Assembly (NCBI GenBank): GCA_051453625.1
Contig: JBOZIK010000001.1
Coordinates: 48,194,243-48,258,242, forward strand
Direction: 5' to 3'
Origin: Welwitschia mirabilis
Taxonomy: Eukaryota
Length of the DNA stretch: 64,000 bases
Below the pieces are notes generated by a model. That model was given only the letters and a program-made list of their open reading frames with translations. It was not told where the DNA came from and ran no database searches. The first letter of the stretch is position 1. Each line of letters starts with the position of its first letter. Position numbers and translations under genes: made by a program. Below, one piece after another: positions 25,990 through 38,171 of the stretch.

Positions 25990-28900
25990 TAAGATGAATT
26001 AAGACTTTCTTTTATAGGTTAGACCTAAATCTTTAGCCTTCTTAAGGTATCTTAGTACTCTTTTTGCAGTGTTCAAACGAGTAACCTTAGGCACATGAAG
26101 ATATCTTGAAAGTACACCAATAACATATGATATGTTTAATCTAGTGTTGGTTATGTAAACCAAGTTTGCTACTATTCTTATGTATTTAGTTCATTTATAG
26201 GTTCTGAATCTTCATCAACTAATATCTTGGCATTTTTCTCCAAAGGTGTCACAACTTCTTTTACATTTTATAGTTTAAACTCCTAGATTAAATCTCCAAT
26301 ATACTTCCTTTGTGTTTAGAATATTCCATCTTTTTTCTAAATAATTTCTACACTTAGTTATAATTTGTCTAATCTCAGATCATAAATCTTGAATTCCTTA
26401 CTTAAAGTAATTTTTATCCTTTTCACATCTTCTTCATCACTTCTAGTTATTAATATGTCATCTACACACACCAATATATATATACATAGATTTGCACCCA
26501 TCAGATTTTATGAATAATATAGCATCAACATCTTGATAATTACATAATTTAAAGCTAATGAAATTTAAATAATTTGCAAGCTTAATGTACTATGCTCTCG
26601 GTGCTTGTTCTAGCCCCTATGAAAACCTAATCAATTTATACACCTTATGTTTTTTACCTTTTACTTTAAATCTCTTTGGTTGCATTAGGTGGATTTCTTC
26701 TTTTAAATATCCATGGAGAAAGGTATTCTTTATTTCCAATTGATAAAATTTCTAACTTCTTTATGTTGCTAAGGAAATCATTATTCAAATGATTTTCCAT
26801 TTTGCTATTAGTCTGAAGACTTCATTGTAATCAAGTTTTCTCTTTTGTCATAAGCCTAGAGTAGCAAGCTAAGATTTATGTTACTTAAGAGTGTTATTTG
26901 AATTATATTTATTATGAAAAACCCATTTATTAGATAACATTGTGTGCCCTAACAAAAGGTCTACCAACTCCCAAGTATCATTTTCAATCAGACTATTATN
27001 NNNNNNNNNNNNNNNNNNNNNNNNNNNNNNNNNNNNNNNNNNNNNNNNNNNNNNNNNNNNNNNNNNNNNNNNNNNNNNNNNNNNNNNNNNNNNNNNNNNA
27101 CACCTTATGTTTTTTACCTTTTACTTTAAACCTCTTTGGTTGTATCATGTAAATTTCTTCTTTTAAATCCCATGGAGAAAGGTAATCTTTATGTCTAAAT
27201 AATGAAGCTTCTATCCTTTTTGTGCTACTAAGGCAATCAATGTTCTGATGGTAGCCTTTTTTTTGTTGATGCTAAGACTTTAATGTAATCAATTCTTTTC
27301 TTCTGTCGTAGGCCTATAGCAACAAGCCGAGCTTTATGTTGTTCAAAGGTATTGTCCATATTATATTTGTTGTGAAAAACCCATTTGTTAAGTAACATTG
27401 TACACCCTGATGGAATATATACCAACTTCCAAGTACCATTTTCAACAAGACTATTAAATTCTTCTTACATGGGCTTTATCTAATGATCATGTTGAATGGA
27501 ATCCTTAAATAAAGTTGGTTCATCATTAAATCTCAAGTGGAGCTCGTTGTCGTCATCGTCATCATGAAATGTATGTAATCCATGTCTAATTCTAGTTTTA
27601 CCCTTCTCATCATTGTAAACATCTTAGAGAGTAGACTATAGTCAAGTACTTTGATGTCATCTCTAAGTAATATTAGCTTTTTCAATTAAAGAACCCATTG
27701 AAGTACTAGTGGAACTATGATTAAGTTTCCTAGGAGCATCAAATTGCTTAATTTTTATAGATTGCAAAGTGAACATATCAATAGAAGGAATTGAAGCATT
27801 ACTAGCAGCCACATCTTCTTCCTCAACCATAGGATATTAAGCATCTAATATGGTTACTACGCTATAGAAAGGATGAAGCTTCAAAGGTTTAAGTAGAAAA
27901 TCATTATTTGAAGTCTCTGCAAAGATAACAATATAAGAAACAATGATCTTACAATGCTCTTAAAGAAACACTCCATAATCCTTCTAGTCATTTGGATATT
28001 CCACGATGATTTCAATGCGAGTATATGCTCCAAATTTATCATGATGTTCACTTGGAATATGGACATAGCACTTGCAATAAAAAATACAAAAATAATGCAA
28101 CCTTAGCTTGCACCCATACCACATTTTAGCTAGATATACTCCATTTTCAATGTATTAACTATTATGTCTTTCAACCAGTAAAATAAATCAGGGAATATTC
28201 CATATCCATAATAGTGTGATTAAATTCCTTGGCAATGTTATTTCATTGGGATGTCCTTTCACAGGTCTGTAAATGTCAAATTATTTAAAAAGTGAGAAAT
28301 TCCTTGAGCTTAATAGATGTGTACTCATCACGATTATCAGAGTGGAAAATTTTAATCCTACAGTCCTCTTGCTTTTTCACTTTAGTTTTAATTTTTTTGA
28401 AAATATCTAAAGTTTTAGATTTGGATTTGATGATTTACACCCAAGTCATTCATGAACAGTTATCATTAAAAGTTATGAAGTAATAAAAGCCTTCAAGTAT
28501 GGAATCAAGCATAGATCCACATAGATCAATGTAAAAAGCAAAAGGTTTTAATCGGCATGCCACTTATTTGGTGAAAATGGCTATCTATTTGCTTTTCCTA
28601 TAAAATATGCTTCATAATAAGGAAGATCCCATGAAATAAATAGAAGAAGCTAGTGGCCATTCTCACACATTGCGTTCAATGTATGAGGAGTAAGACATCC
28701 CAGTTAAGCATGTCATAGTAGTGAGGGGAAAGCTTGTCTTTTGAAAACTGTGCAAGCAATCTCTCACATCCTAAAACGACCATGAAAATGAGTGAGCTTT
28801 CCATCCATGTAGCTTTACTAGTTTTAAATACCATCATAAATATCCACTGAGTACTTCATCATAGAGATAGAGTAATCTCCTCACAATAGGGTTAAAACTG

Positions 28901-30183
28901 AGAGAAGATAAAACCTTAAAGAAGAAACATACAAAACATATAAAATGATCTATGGAAAGAGCTATATCAAGTCAAGTGTAATTGAATCATAGCCTTCCAT
29001 AAGAAATCATGTTCTATCTACCAAATAAATATGACTTGGTACTTTAACATAGTCATTAAAATAATTTCATCAATAAGTCATGTGATAAGTTGCACCTACG
29101 TCAAGAATCCATGTCTTTTCATAAGGTATGTGCCCACTCATAACTACAAAGTCAAAGATTTCAAATATGGTGTTGGATTTAAAACTGTTAACATCTTTAA
29201 GGGAGCTAGATTTTTCAGTGATTGCATTTGCCTTAGGTGAAAATTTTATCTTTTTCCAAGGAAGCCTACGGAAGTCAATGGTATGATCTTGTTTTCTACA
29301 TCATGATCAATGATACTTGTCCTTCTTAGGAGTGGTAGTATTCTGAACTTGATTCTTATTTTGCTAAGTCTAGCTTGGCTTTTTGTTTTGCTATTTTTGC
29401 AAATTCTTACCCTTCTCATGATGTGTTTTCTTTTGCAGATGAGGTTTTCTTACAAACGATTTCTTTTAACAAGGAAAACCATGAGAATGAGAAACTTTGA
29501 ATGTCGCATCAGAGGAAGAAGATCCAATGAAGTAAAACAGAGCTTCAGTAGAAATGAAATCCTTAATGAGCATAACAAAGATCATATTATTCAATTGATG
29601 ACTACTATGTAGTGACAAAATATAGCTATGCAAAGAGGAATATTCCCAACAATAATGAATCAAGTTGACATAATCAATGAACTTTTTTTTTTTTTTTTGG
29701 TAAATAAATCTCTGCTACCTTTGCATTCATGTCTTGCATCTGTAAATCAATTATCTCAGCTTGTCCTTTTCATAATGCAAATTGTTCATGCAAGATATGA
29801 GACTAAGGAGCTCCAAATCATTCTTTGAGTGAAATATATCCCAAAGTTACAGAAGTTGGTGTAGCTTATTTTGGCCCTATTAACCAATTTCTTGTATTGA
29901 TAAGCTATGGATTTCCACATAATCTCTATCAATTTGGGATCAATATCTTACCAAGCATCTTCTTCAGCCAAATCTTAAATAGGTATATGATTGTTTACTA
30001 AACACTCCTTTTCATAACCACAAATCTGCATGGTTGACATAAAATCCTTCTGCCAAGCCTTCATGATTGATCATCTTGAAGAGTGACTCTAATATTGGCC
30101 ATGATCTAAGTGGTAAGCATGGGTGTGAATGACTCTGACAAGCATTAAAACTTCCCCTTTGAAGATAATGATGTAAATGTCAT
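25990..30183 (-). mobile_element. Degenerate Ty1/Copia gag-pol relic, lineage not assigned
   Basis: RT motifs KWVF...KARLVAIG (ORF 27237-27425) and AKRVLRYLK (~26050); integrase relic ~28050-28560; gag-like start ATG at 30183. No LTR pair delimited. Confidence 0.85.
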
Positions 30184-30448
30184 GGTAATAAGAAGATGAG
30201 AACCAAAAGAGAGTTGATAAGCTATGAGGTAAAATCATAAATCAAAGGGATCTTGCTTACATCCACAACTTAAAGCGATCTATCTGTCACACAAAAAAAT
30301 CTTGTCAAACATTAAAAGTAATAAAGGGAAATTAATATAAAGAGATTACAAGAAAAGAGATCTTACTCTCATCCATAATTTCAAGTGATCTATCTAAGTT
30401 ACAATATAACTAAAGCAAAGAAACACAATTTCATAACAGAGAGTTAAG

Positions 30449-31410
30449 TGTTATGCAACAAGGGCAGCTGACCTGTCACCTACCGAAGTCGTTATGTCTC
30501 GTTCTCCTGGGGTTTAACAGTTGGATTTCACTACACCTTGCCATGCCTGACGCTATTCGCTACTAGAAGCTGGGTTGTCATAGTGAAAGAAGATCAAGCC
30601 CACAAATCAAATGATCTATCCAAACCACAAGTATGACAATGAAAAAAACCAAGAACACCCCCTCCCTCACCCTCACAACGAGCAAGAACCTACCTGCACC
30701 AGAAAGAAACAAAGGTATATTATTAAATTTTCTTAATGTAAGTGAGGTAACTTTTAACAAAGGGGCCTAGATTGATTATTAAGTCCTAAAAATGCTGAAA
30801 TTGGTTAACTTTAAAGTCTTCTTCTAAATCTAATTAATGATTATGTCCTCTCCAAGAGTAATACCCTTGTCTCTAAAGGGAGTAAAAAGACAAAGCATGA
30901 GTCACATTAGTGGTGTTTTTAAGTCATCGGCCAATTTGGTTACCTCAACTTTATACCCCCTTTAAAGTATACTCCCTTTAAGGGAGAGTACCATGCAATT
31001 TTGGTAACCTACTTATGCTTCAGACTCAATAAAGTTTAAAATTTTATTAAACATGTGTCCCTTTATGATGAAATCCAAGTGAATCCTCCCACTATGCCTC
31101 TGGCGTTCACCTAACATACCCTCGATTACCAAAGACGTATGCGAAAATCTTGACTTCTAGGCACCTGGACATTCGTACTTAAGAGAAGCACGACTTTTCA
31201 TATAGCTCAAACTTTATAGTTATGATAGTTAAGACTGCACAATAAGCTTTAGAAGGAAGTGTAAAACCTGACACGGATCTCTATCTATGTAAGGCTCCTC
31301 GTGCCTACCCTAAATCAAGATTTATTTCTAGTGAAAAACGTTCTCTGTTTAGAGAGTAAACGTAATTTTTAATTTTAATCCTTAAGGAAAAAACATTTTA
31401 GGATGTGACG
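30449..31410. mobile_element. Solo LTR (~960 bp), probably Gypsy type
   Basis: Flanked by TTAAG at 30444-30448 and 31411-31415. Ends tgttat.../...gtgacg are decayed TGTCAC/GTGACA. A gatcttactctcatcc-like motif series continues on both sides of it. Confidence 0.65.
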
Positions 31411-33743
31411 TTAAGTGTAAAAACCAAAAGAGATTAACAAAACACAAAGGCAAAGGATCTGATTGTGGTATAGTTAAGCTAAGTAGATCTCACTTATTAT
31501 CCAACTTATCTTAATCTACCTAAATCACAAAATAAGTCTAGAAAAGTAAAAAAATAAAATCAAGTGGATCTTGCTCTTATCCAAACTTGATTTGGAAAAG
31601 TAAGTTTTGGGCTTACAATACTTGAAAAACACTCAAAAAACTCGAAAAAGAGTTGCAAAAAATACTTAAAAAAATAAAGAGCTTGCTTTTAAAGGCAAGC
31701 ACACAACTAGGGTTTCATTCGGGTTTACAAACTTCCCAAGACGTGTACCCACGATGTGCATTACAAGCCTTAGCACATCCAGATAATGTGCATGTCAAAG
31801 AGAGAGAGAGTGTGTGTGGATGTGTGTGTTCATGCTAGTATGAGGAAAACACACATTTTGTTAACACAACATCTATTCAAACTATTAATAGCATTTGAAA
31901 ACTATTTAGCATATTAAAACTTCCTTTAATCATTATTATGTTATGATCATTGTGTAAATTCCTTATTTTATTTTTTTCTACTTAAGGTTTTTAACTCCTT
32001 TTTTAGTATAAGGCAAGCCTTTTCTTAATCATCAATGATTTCCTTAGCATGTAGCACCTTTTCATTACCCTTCATTGTTAATAAATTTTATTTATGTACT
32101 TAACAACTTTTTATATCATTTAAACATTTAAGACTAAAGACAATCAACCTACGCTTTGATCAAAGTTGCAATGGTTTTGAATTTATTAGACTATCAACAT
32201 TGTCATAGTATTGCCTTTCTAAACATCTATAACAAAGTCAGAAATGGATCCAAGACTAATCATCTAACTCCACAAAGAACCAACAACATTAGTTGTTTTA
32301 CCAATAACACTAGTTATTCATAAAAACTAGGCTTTGGCCAAAAAACTCATGATCAAGATATCCTAAACCTAAAAGGTGAAAATCTAAATAGAACATCAAA
32401 GTCAAGATGTTCACAATAGAAAACTAACAAGTGACATTTTGTCAAATGAATGAGAAGACCATTAAAGAAATTCAAACATGATCCTAAAATGCATAAAAGG
32501 GAAATTTCAAAAAAGAAGATCAACACAACTTTGACTCACTCAAAATCTCTAAGCCTTTAAGGCATTAATAAAACCTTGATACTATCCTACAAAGTTGATG
32601 CTTTAAAACCCTCGAAGCTACTCCTTCCATTACTTTAGTAACCAAGAAGAGAATGCAACATTGGAGTAAAATCTCTTCTTAAGCACAACCCTTTCATGGC
32701 TTCTTTTTAGAGTTTTTCTTTCACTAAAAAGAACTCTATTTTTAATCTCTATTTTAATCATTAATTAACCATCAGCTTACAATAACTTACTTTCATACCA
32801 CCTCTTACCTACATATGATATCTCCAACTACCAATTTGACTAGGTCCTGGTTCATGGAAGTAAAGAATGAAAAAATATTAATAAGACACCTCATACTCTC
32901 CAAACTTCATATTGTTTTTGTGATGTTTGATTTATTAAGGCTTATCCATTCATATTCTTTACAGTATTTAGTATTTGTTTCTTTAAAATGTCCTTTCCAT
33001 GATGACAAAGATTTTTTTAAGCATCCTCTTTTTCATTATAGATTTACTAAGAATGCATAGAACAAACTTTTACCTTTTATAGTAAAATTTCCCACCAACC
33101 ACTGCGCATATTATTTTTGAGCACCCACAAATTCTCTTTTTAATTTGTCATCCAACTTTTAGTTGTAAACAACATTTGGAAACTTTACTATTGCATCATT
33201 ACATTTCCACGTATTGAGCATGACATTTAGATTCCTATCGCAAATAGATATAAGATCTTACAAAATGTCACTTTTTTCACTCTCAATTCAAGTTGAAAAA
33301 ATTCATGTAAATAAAAGCAATTAATACAATTCTGAGAATGCTAGCTTCATTTTTTTCAACTACAATTTCATATCATAATTTTTTTGTTTTTTGTTTGTTG
33401 CTGCTCTTAAATCATTTTCTTGTATGTTAAGAAACATATCCATAAGTCTAGTTGTTTGTATTAATACCTCTTGTTTTTAATATAATATTTTTTTGGATTC
33501 CAAAACCACCTTATGATTATGTAAGTATTTATGATAATTAAAATTTAAATTTCAAATTCACCCATAATCATAAGACACTAATTAAAAAAGTGAACTTTAA
33601 ATTATCAAAATTTTAATTCATTTCTGAAATACCATTAACAACCAATAACTTAATTTTCATATTTCATATATAATTTAAGCATTAAAAATAACAATACATA
33701 GAGCCTTCTATTTTTTCAAAAACCTTATAGGTCGAAAGTCATG

Positions 33744-33879
33744 CTTGAAAACCACAGGAAGAAATTGAAAATGGTTACTTGAAAACCAGAAAAAGAAATT
33801 GAAAACAGTTACTTGAAAACCAAAGGAAGAAATTGAAAATGGTTGCCTGAAAACGAAGAGAAGAAATTGAAAATAAAGT
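33744..33879. repeat. Minisatellite, 34-bp unit x4
   Basis: cttgaaaaccacaggaagaaattgaaaatggtta and three variants starting at 33778, 33812 and 33846. Confidence 0.9.
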
Positions 33880-35211
33880 ACTTCAGAGTTAACATCACCC
33901 CTTTTTAATGAGTTAACACTCCAATTTCGAAGACTAAATGCTCCAATTCTTAGGGGTGTACTAACCACCCTAAAACATGAAAACATGAATTTTAACTTCT
34001 TCATATAAATAAATAAATTCTACCCCAAATCATAACCTAATTTGTAAAATAAAAGTGAGAACGTACGTATATCCTAACCCATATAAATTCCAAAGCCAAT
34101 CACAAGCTGCATACTAAACCTAAGTCCGTGTATCCTCTAGTTATCCATTTACTGTAAATAACAGCAACTCCAGTTCCCCAATCCTAACAAACGTTTTCGC
34201 TTTATTGGTTTTAGATCGTTAAATCAGATATACTACCGTACAATCCGATTATGCACATATATTACACACAGCGATCTTCTCTGAAAAAACCAGGGCCGGC
34301 TATGTGGCAATGTCTATGACGCACCTCATTTCTAAGACATGCAACCTTCGTTTCGGTAGCAAACAGCAGATCGTTTCACTATCTAATATTGAGGCTGTTC
34401 AAAAAGGTAGTCAATTTTGTGTTTTAAAGAGTACGTTTTTAATACACGTTTCAGTTACAGGCTACACCGTGGCCCTTCTTTGCATATGTTGTAACTTTTA
34501 CCAAGACGACGACACAACATCGAACGAAGGATCGCAGAAACACCTCAGACTCTACACTGTACTAAAAGAAATAACACGCCTTTTTGGAGGGATAGAGTTG
34601 TATTTAATCAGCGTCACAAGTTTTCACCTAGACTCGCTCAACATTGGCCAGAAGAATCATTAGAGCTCGAATCTGGCTACACTCATTTCTCAAGTTAATC
34701 GACCTTGGGACCTTCAAAAAAGATAAGTACATAGTTACCAGCCTAACAAACGATCAAGTACTCAAATTATCATGCTTTTCGAATCTCAGGTCCTTCAAGT
34801 CCTTACTACAATGCAAAATGAACTTAATTGGATATTAATTTTTCCGTCTATAGAAGATTTTTCTTTTTTTTTCTGGTTCAACGACAAAAGCAAAAGGTAC
34901 AGCTTCTGGTTGTAAGCCATTTTAACGGTTTTCCTGAAACAAATATACACTCTGGAGAACAATAGAACAAAAAATAAATCGAAAATTCTAGTTTCTATTT
35001 TCCCGAGAAATGCATTGTGAACAGAATCGCTCGAGACATTGGGGCACCTGCAAAAAACCTCAAATCAATCCCATTCTAACTAGCGATCATACTCATAAAC
35101 ATTCAACATGCTTGAAATAATTTGTGTTCAATGCTCTTTACCACTCTTATGAAACTAAAGCCCCTTTCACTTAACGAAAAGCATATTTCTTCGGATTGCA
35201 AGAAAATAAAA

Positions 35212-35725
35212 ATTACATATTTGGGGCTACCGAAGAAGTTAAAAGACTAATTTATTAGATATTTAACATATTCGGGCCTAACGAAAGAAGTCAAAAAACT
35301 AATTTATTATATATAAAGGGTTCAAAACCTTCAAGAGGTTGATGATTCTTCTGCAACAATTCCTTATGATGCTACATATCTCAAATGACCCAAAAAACCA
35401 AGAAGCTCCAGTTTCCAAATAAATACAGTCATGAACACAAACCTACAAGAGAAAAGACACATGCACACAATCTAAAATCAATCCTGCTAATCAATGATAT
35501 TCAGAAACCTTCAACATGGTTGCAATCATTTGCGTGTATCTCTTCACCAATCTTCCAAATTAAGCCCCTTAACAAAAAAAAGTATGTTCCTTCACACCGG
35601 AGGTGAAACACTTATTACATATTTGGGGCTACCAAAGAAGTATACAGACAAATTTATTATGTATAACGGATTCAAAACCTTCAAGAGGTTAATGATTCTA
35701 CTGCAACAATCCTTATGATGCTACA
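35212..35725. repeat. Dispersed direct repeat (35212-35376 and 35614-35725)
   Basis: attacatatttggggctacc...ttcaaaaccttcaagaggtt...ccttatgatgctaca occurs twice; the first copy has an internal ~50-bp duplication. Confidence 0.85.
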
Positions 35726-36304
35726 GTGAACACCTCAAAAGAATAAGCCTTTTCAAGTATTTGGGAACCTCTGATTCATCGGCTCCACTGACTGACATTA
35801 ATATCCTTCTGTATAGGCCTGACCAAAACAAAAAGAAATAAAAGCTCGCACAAAACCAACAGACGCTGGCATTCTCTCCTCACCGGCACAATAAGACTTA
35901 CAATAAGACTTATGTATGTAAGTAATCCCTCTTGCAACTATGTACTCTATTTACACTCTTGATGCTGCTAATCTCCCTTGAAAATACCGCGAGAAGATGC
36001 ACAAAATGTTGCCTGTTAAGTCAACACACGACCACTGAGAAGAAAACGGTGGCGGCAAATGAGCGAGCGGATAACGTAATCAGCAAAGTGAACTCTTCCT
36101 CTTGAGCCTTGTCAGGGTCTCGTCCAAGAGGCAATATTCAAATTGGATAACTGAAGGGCGGTGATTCTAGCTATATTTCAAAATACACTTTGAACATGCA
36201 GGATTTGTATAAATATGTTTATATGAAGGCCGCCCAAATAGGTGCAACTATTCTGACTTCAGCTACCACAAAAAAGAAACAAAACCTAAAGCCATCGTAT
36301 CTGT

Positions 36305-37354
36305 TCAAGCAGCAGCCTTGACGGGCCTTTCAATAGGGCCCAAGGGAGAAGGACCTCTGAAGCCTGTAACCACAGTGTCGTATATACAGAAATGAAATGG
36401 AACAGGCCTGCCACGGAACATCCAACATTGTTCACATAAAACTGGTTCAGAATCGATATTGTCCCTTTGCTCCAAATGCTCTATGTTTCCGTTGCTATGA
36501 TTGGTGTAGGGATTCTGTACAACGTAGCAAACCTTGGGACGCTGAGGGGCTGGGAAAACTGATTCATGGGGCAGAGCATCAGAATTACTACAAATGCCAC
36601 TTTGTCCGAGGCCCTGGTAGAAACTGGGCGCATAAGCGGCCCGCATCTGGTGATACTGATTCGGATCGGTGTTTCTATAGACCCTTGGAACCAAAATAGC
36701 AGGATACTGATAAGGCTCGTCCTGTATGTATCGTTCATTGTTGTCCAACGCACGCCAGCCCTCCGCAGCCATTTCGACGGGAAAATTGACAACTGTGGGT
36801 TCCACCTGACAGGCAGCACGAAGCCGGGAACGCCTGGAACCCTTTTTCTCATGGTTAGCCTGCCTGAACTTGTTGTTGAGCATCTTCTTGAACGAGTAAT
36901 TTTCCAGCTTCCCATCATCAAGATACACGCTTCCATCCGTGGGAGAAGCATCGCCCTTTGACGAGCCCGATTCATAAAATTCTTCCAGACCACTCACAAT
37001 CTCCGGAGGTTCTCGGCGGAGCCGACCAGCCTTACGACCCTTTTTAGATCTTTTTACTGTAACATAGAAATAACAATCCTTGTCCCGAGTGGGATGATGT
37101 TGACTCAAAATGATAGAAAAATTGGTATTTTCGTTTACAGGTAGTTTTTGGCGTTTGTCGGTGTTAAACTTTTGAGTTCGCCGACATACAAAAAATACAG
37201 ATTGCTGAAAAGGGGGCAAACCCGTCTTCTGACTCAGAAGAATCTGAAACTTCTTGAAAGTGAGCATGGAATGCACGCCAACATTTCCTTTGTCATGCTC
37301 CTTCTGACCGTCGAATAGAATTACCTTGTATGCAGTGTCAAAGCTGTCCATCAT
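36305..37354 (-). CDS. Uncharacterised plant protein, 349 aa, DUF7138-like N-terminal domain and conserved Cys/His C-terminal motif
   Basis: Uninterrupted, CpG-retaining ORF. N-terminus YKVILFDGQKEHDKGNV...FKKFQILLSQKTG...KLPVNENTNF and C-terminus CEQC...FHFCIYDTVVTGFRGPSPLGPIERP match a family I recall. ATG at 37354 lies 2 nt after a splice acceptor, so the first 48 codons of the listed 397-aa ORF are essentially intronic. Confidence 0.88.
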   Translation of the reverse strand: MMDSFDTAYKVILFDGQKEHDKGNVGVHSMLTFKKFQILLSQKTGLPPFQQSVFFVCRRTQKFNTDKRQKLPVNENTNFSIILSQHHPTRDKDCYFYVTVKRSKKGRKAGRLRREPPEIVSGLEEFYESGSSKGDASPTDGSVYLDDGKLENYSFKKMLNNKFRQANHEKKGSRRSRLRAACQVEPTVVNFPVEMAAEGWRALDNNERYIQDEPYQYPAILVPRVYRNTDPNQYHQMRAAYAPSFYQGLGQSGICSNSDALPHESVFPAPQRPKVCYVVQNPYTNHSNGNIEHLEQRDNIDSEPVLCEQCWMFRGRPVPFHFCIYDTVVTGFRGPSPLGPIERPVKAAA

Positions 37355-37356
37355 CT

Positions 37357-37933
37357 CTGCAGAGAGAATATAGTTATAACCAATAACTTTCAACAAATAG
37401 AAAAAACAGCTCAAGAAAGGATCACAATGAAAACATGCAGAATAATTAATTGCATGGGTTGGGAATGGAAACCAAAACATACAAACGTTGAAACACAAAA
37501 GGTTTGCTTAAAAAAATGAAAACCCTAACAATACAACCGAAATACACGAAAACTGATTTTCAGCAAGTAAAGGAAAATTCCAACCCCTAACAGGTGGATG
37601 ACAATTGCTAAACAAGAAATCGCAATTTCGAAACCTAGAGCAAAAACGAATCATTTCTCAAAAAGTCGCATTTCAGATGTTTGCGAAACAGGCAATGTGA
37701 ATTTTGAAACCTAAAGTGAAAACACGAATCATTTCTCAAAAATCACATACCATACGTTTGCAAGACAAGGAACCGCAATTTTGAAACCTAGAGTAAAAAT
37801 ATATACTTTCTCCAAAAATCGCATAATAAGATCGAAACCCTAACGACGTAGGGAAAACGCTGCATGCAAGCCTTATTTCTAAACATTAAGCACGCAAATA
37901 ACCAAAATATTGAAAAACAGAAAGATATCTTAC
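37357..37933 (-). other. Predicted 5'UTR intron (577 nt)
   Basis: Donor CGG|GTAAGA at 37933, acceptor tattctctctgcAG| at 37357, and a T-rich minus-strand body. Confidence 0.75.
37615..37826. repeat. ~76-bp degenerate tandem repeat x3 inside the intron
   Basis: caatttcgaaacctagag...tttctcaaaaagtcgcat and variants at ~37623, ~37699 and ~37776. Confidence 0.75.
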
Positions 37934-38074
37934 CCGAAGGCTGATGATGAATGAGCGTAGCAACGAGCTTCACCCAAACACAGAAGGAAAAAAATGCAGA
38001 GAACGAATAGATGAAAAAATAAACAGAAAGAGATTTATGTTTTTCGATATGAAATCGAAAGTGAACAAGAAGCG

Positions 38075-38171
38075 ACCGACCAGCGGACGCGCGTGTCGCG
38101 AGAGAAATGGGGATCGGCAGGAGAAGAGTATTTATAGGAGAGTTCGTTCTATGGTGGCTGAGACGCCGCGT
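38075..38171. promoter_or_regulatory. Candidate CGCG-box (CAMTA) and DRE-core motifs around the TATA box
   Basis: CCGCGT at 38166-38171, palindrome ACGCGCGT at 38087-38094, ACCGAC at 38075-38080. Motif match only. Confidence 0.4.
38129..38136 (-). promoter_or_regulatory. TATA box of the host gene
   Basis: Minus strand cTATAAATActcttctcc followed by a pyrimidine-rich patch, ~200 nt upstream of the first splice donor. Confidence 0.75.

Noticed and set aside
32100..33500. Possible DNA-transposon coding relic
   Set aside because: Partial hand translation gave no motif I could assign, and I saw no terminal repeats.
33744..33879. 34-bp repeat (and the 143-bp array at 53622) as a CRISPR-like array
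   Set aside because: Units are contiguous with no unique spacers, there are no cas genes, and the context is eukaryotic.
34304..34838. ORFs of 119 and 64 aa in the CpG-retaining region
   Set aside because: Short, begin at non-ATG codons, and show no recognisable domain.
36397..36993. Overlapping ORFs of 100, 170 and 131 aa within the gene
   Set aside because: Shadow frames of a GC-richer CDS with no recognisable motifs.
37355..37498. 48-aa hydrophobic/Cys-rich N-terminal extension of the 397-aa ORF, resembling a signal or transit peptide
   Set aside because: It is the translation of a T-rich intron 3' end, with a strong acceptor 2 nt before the ATG at 37354.
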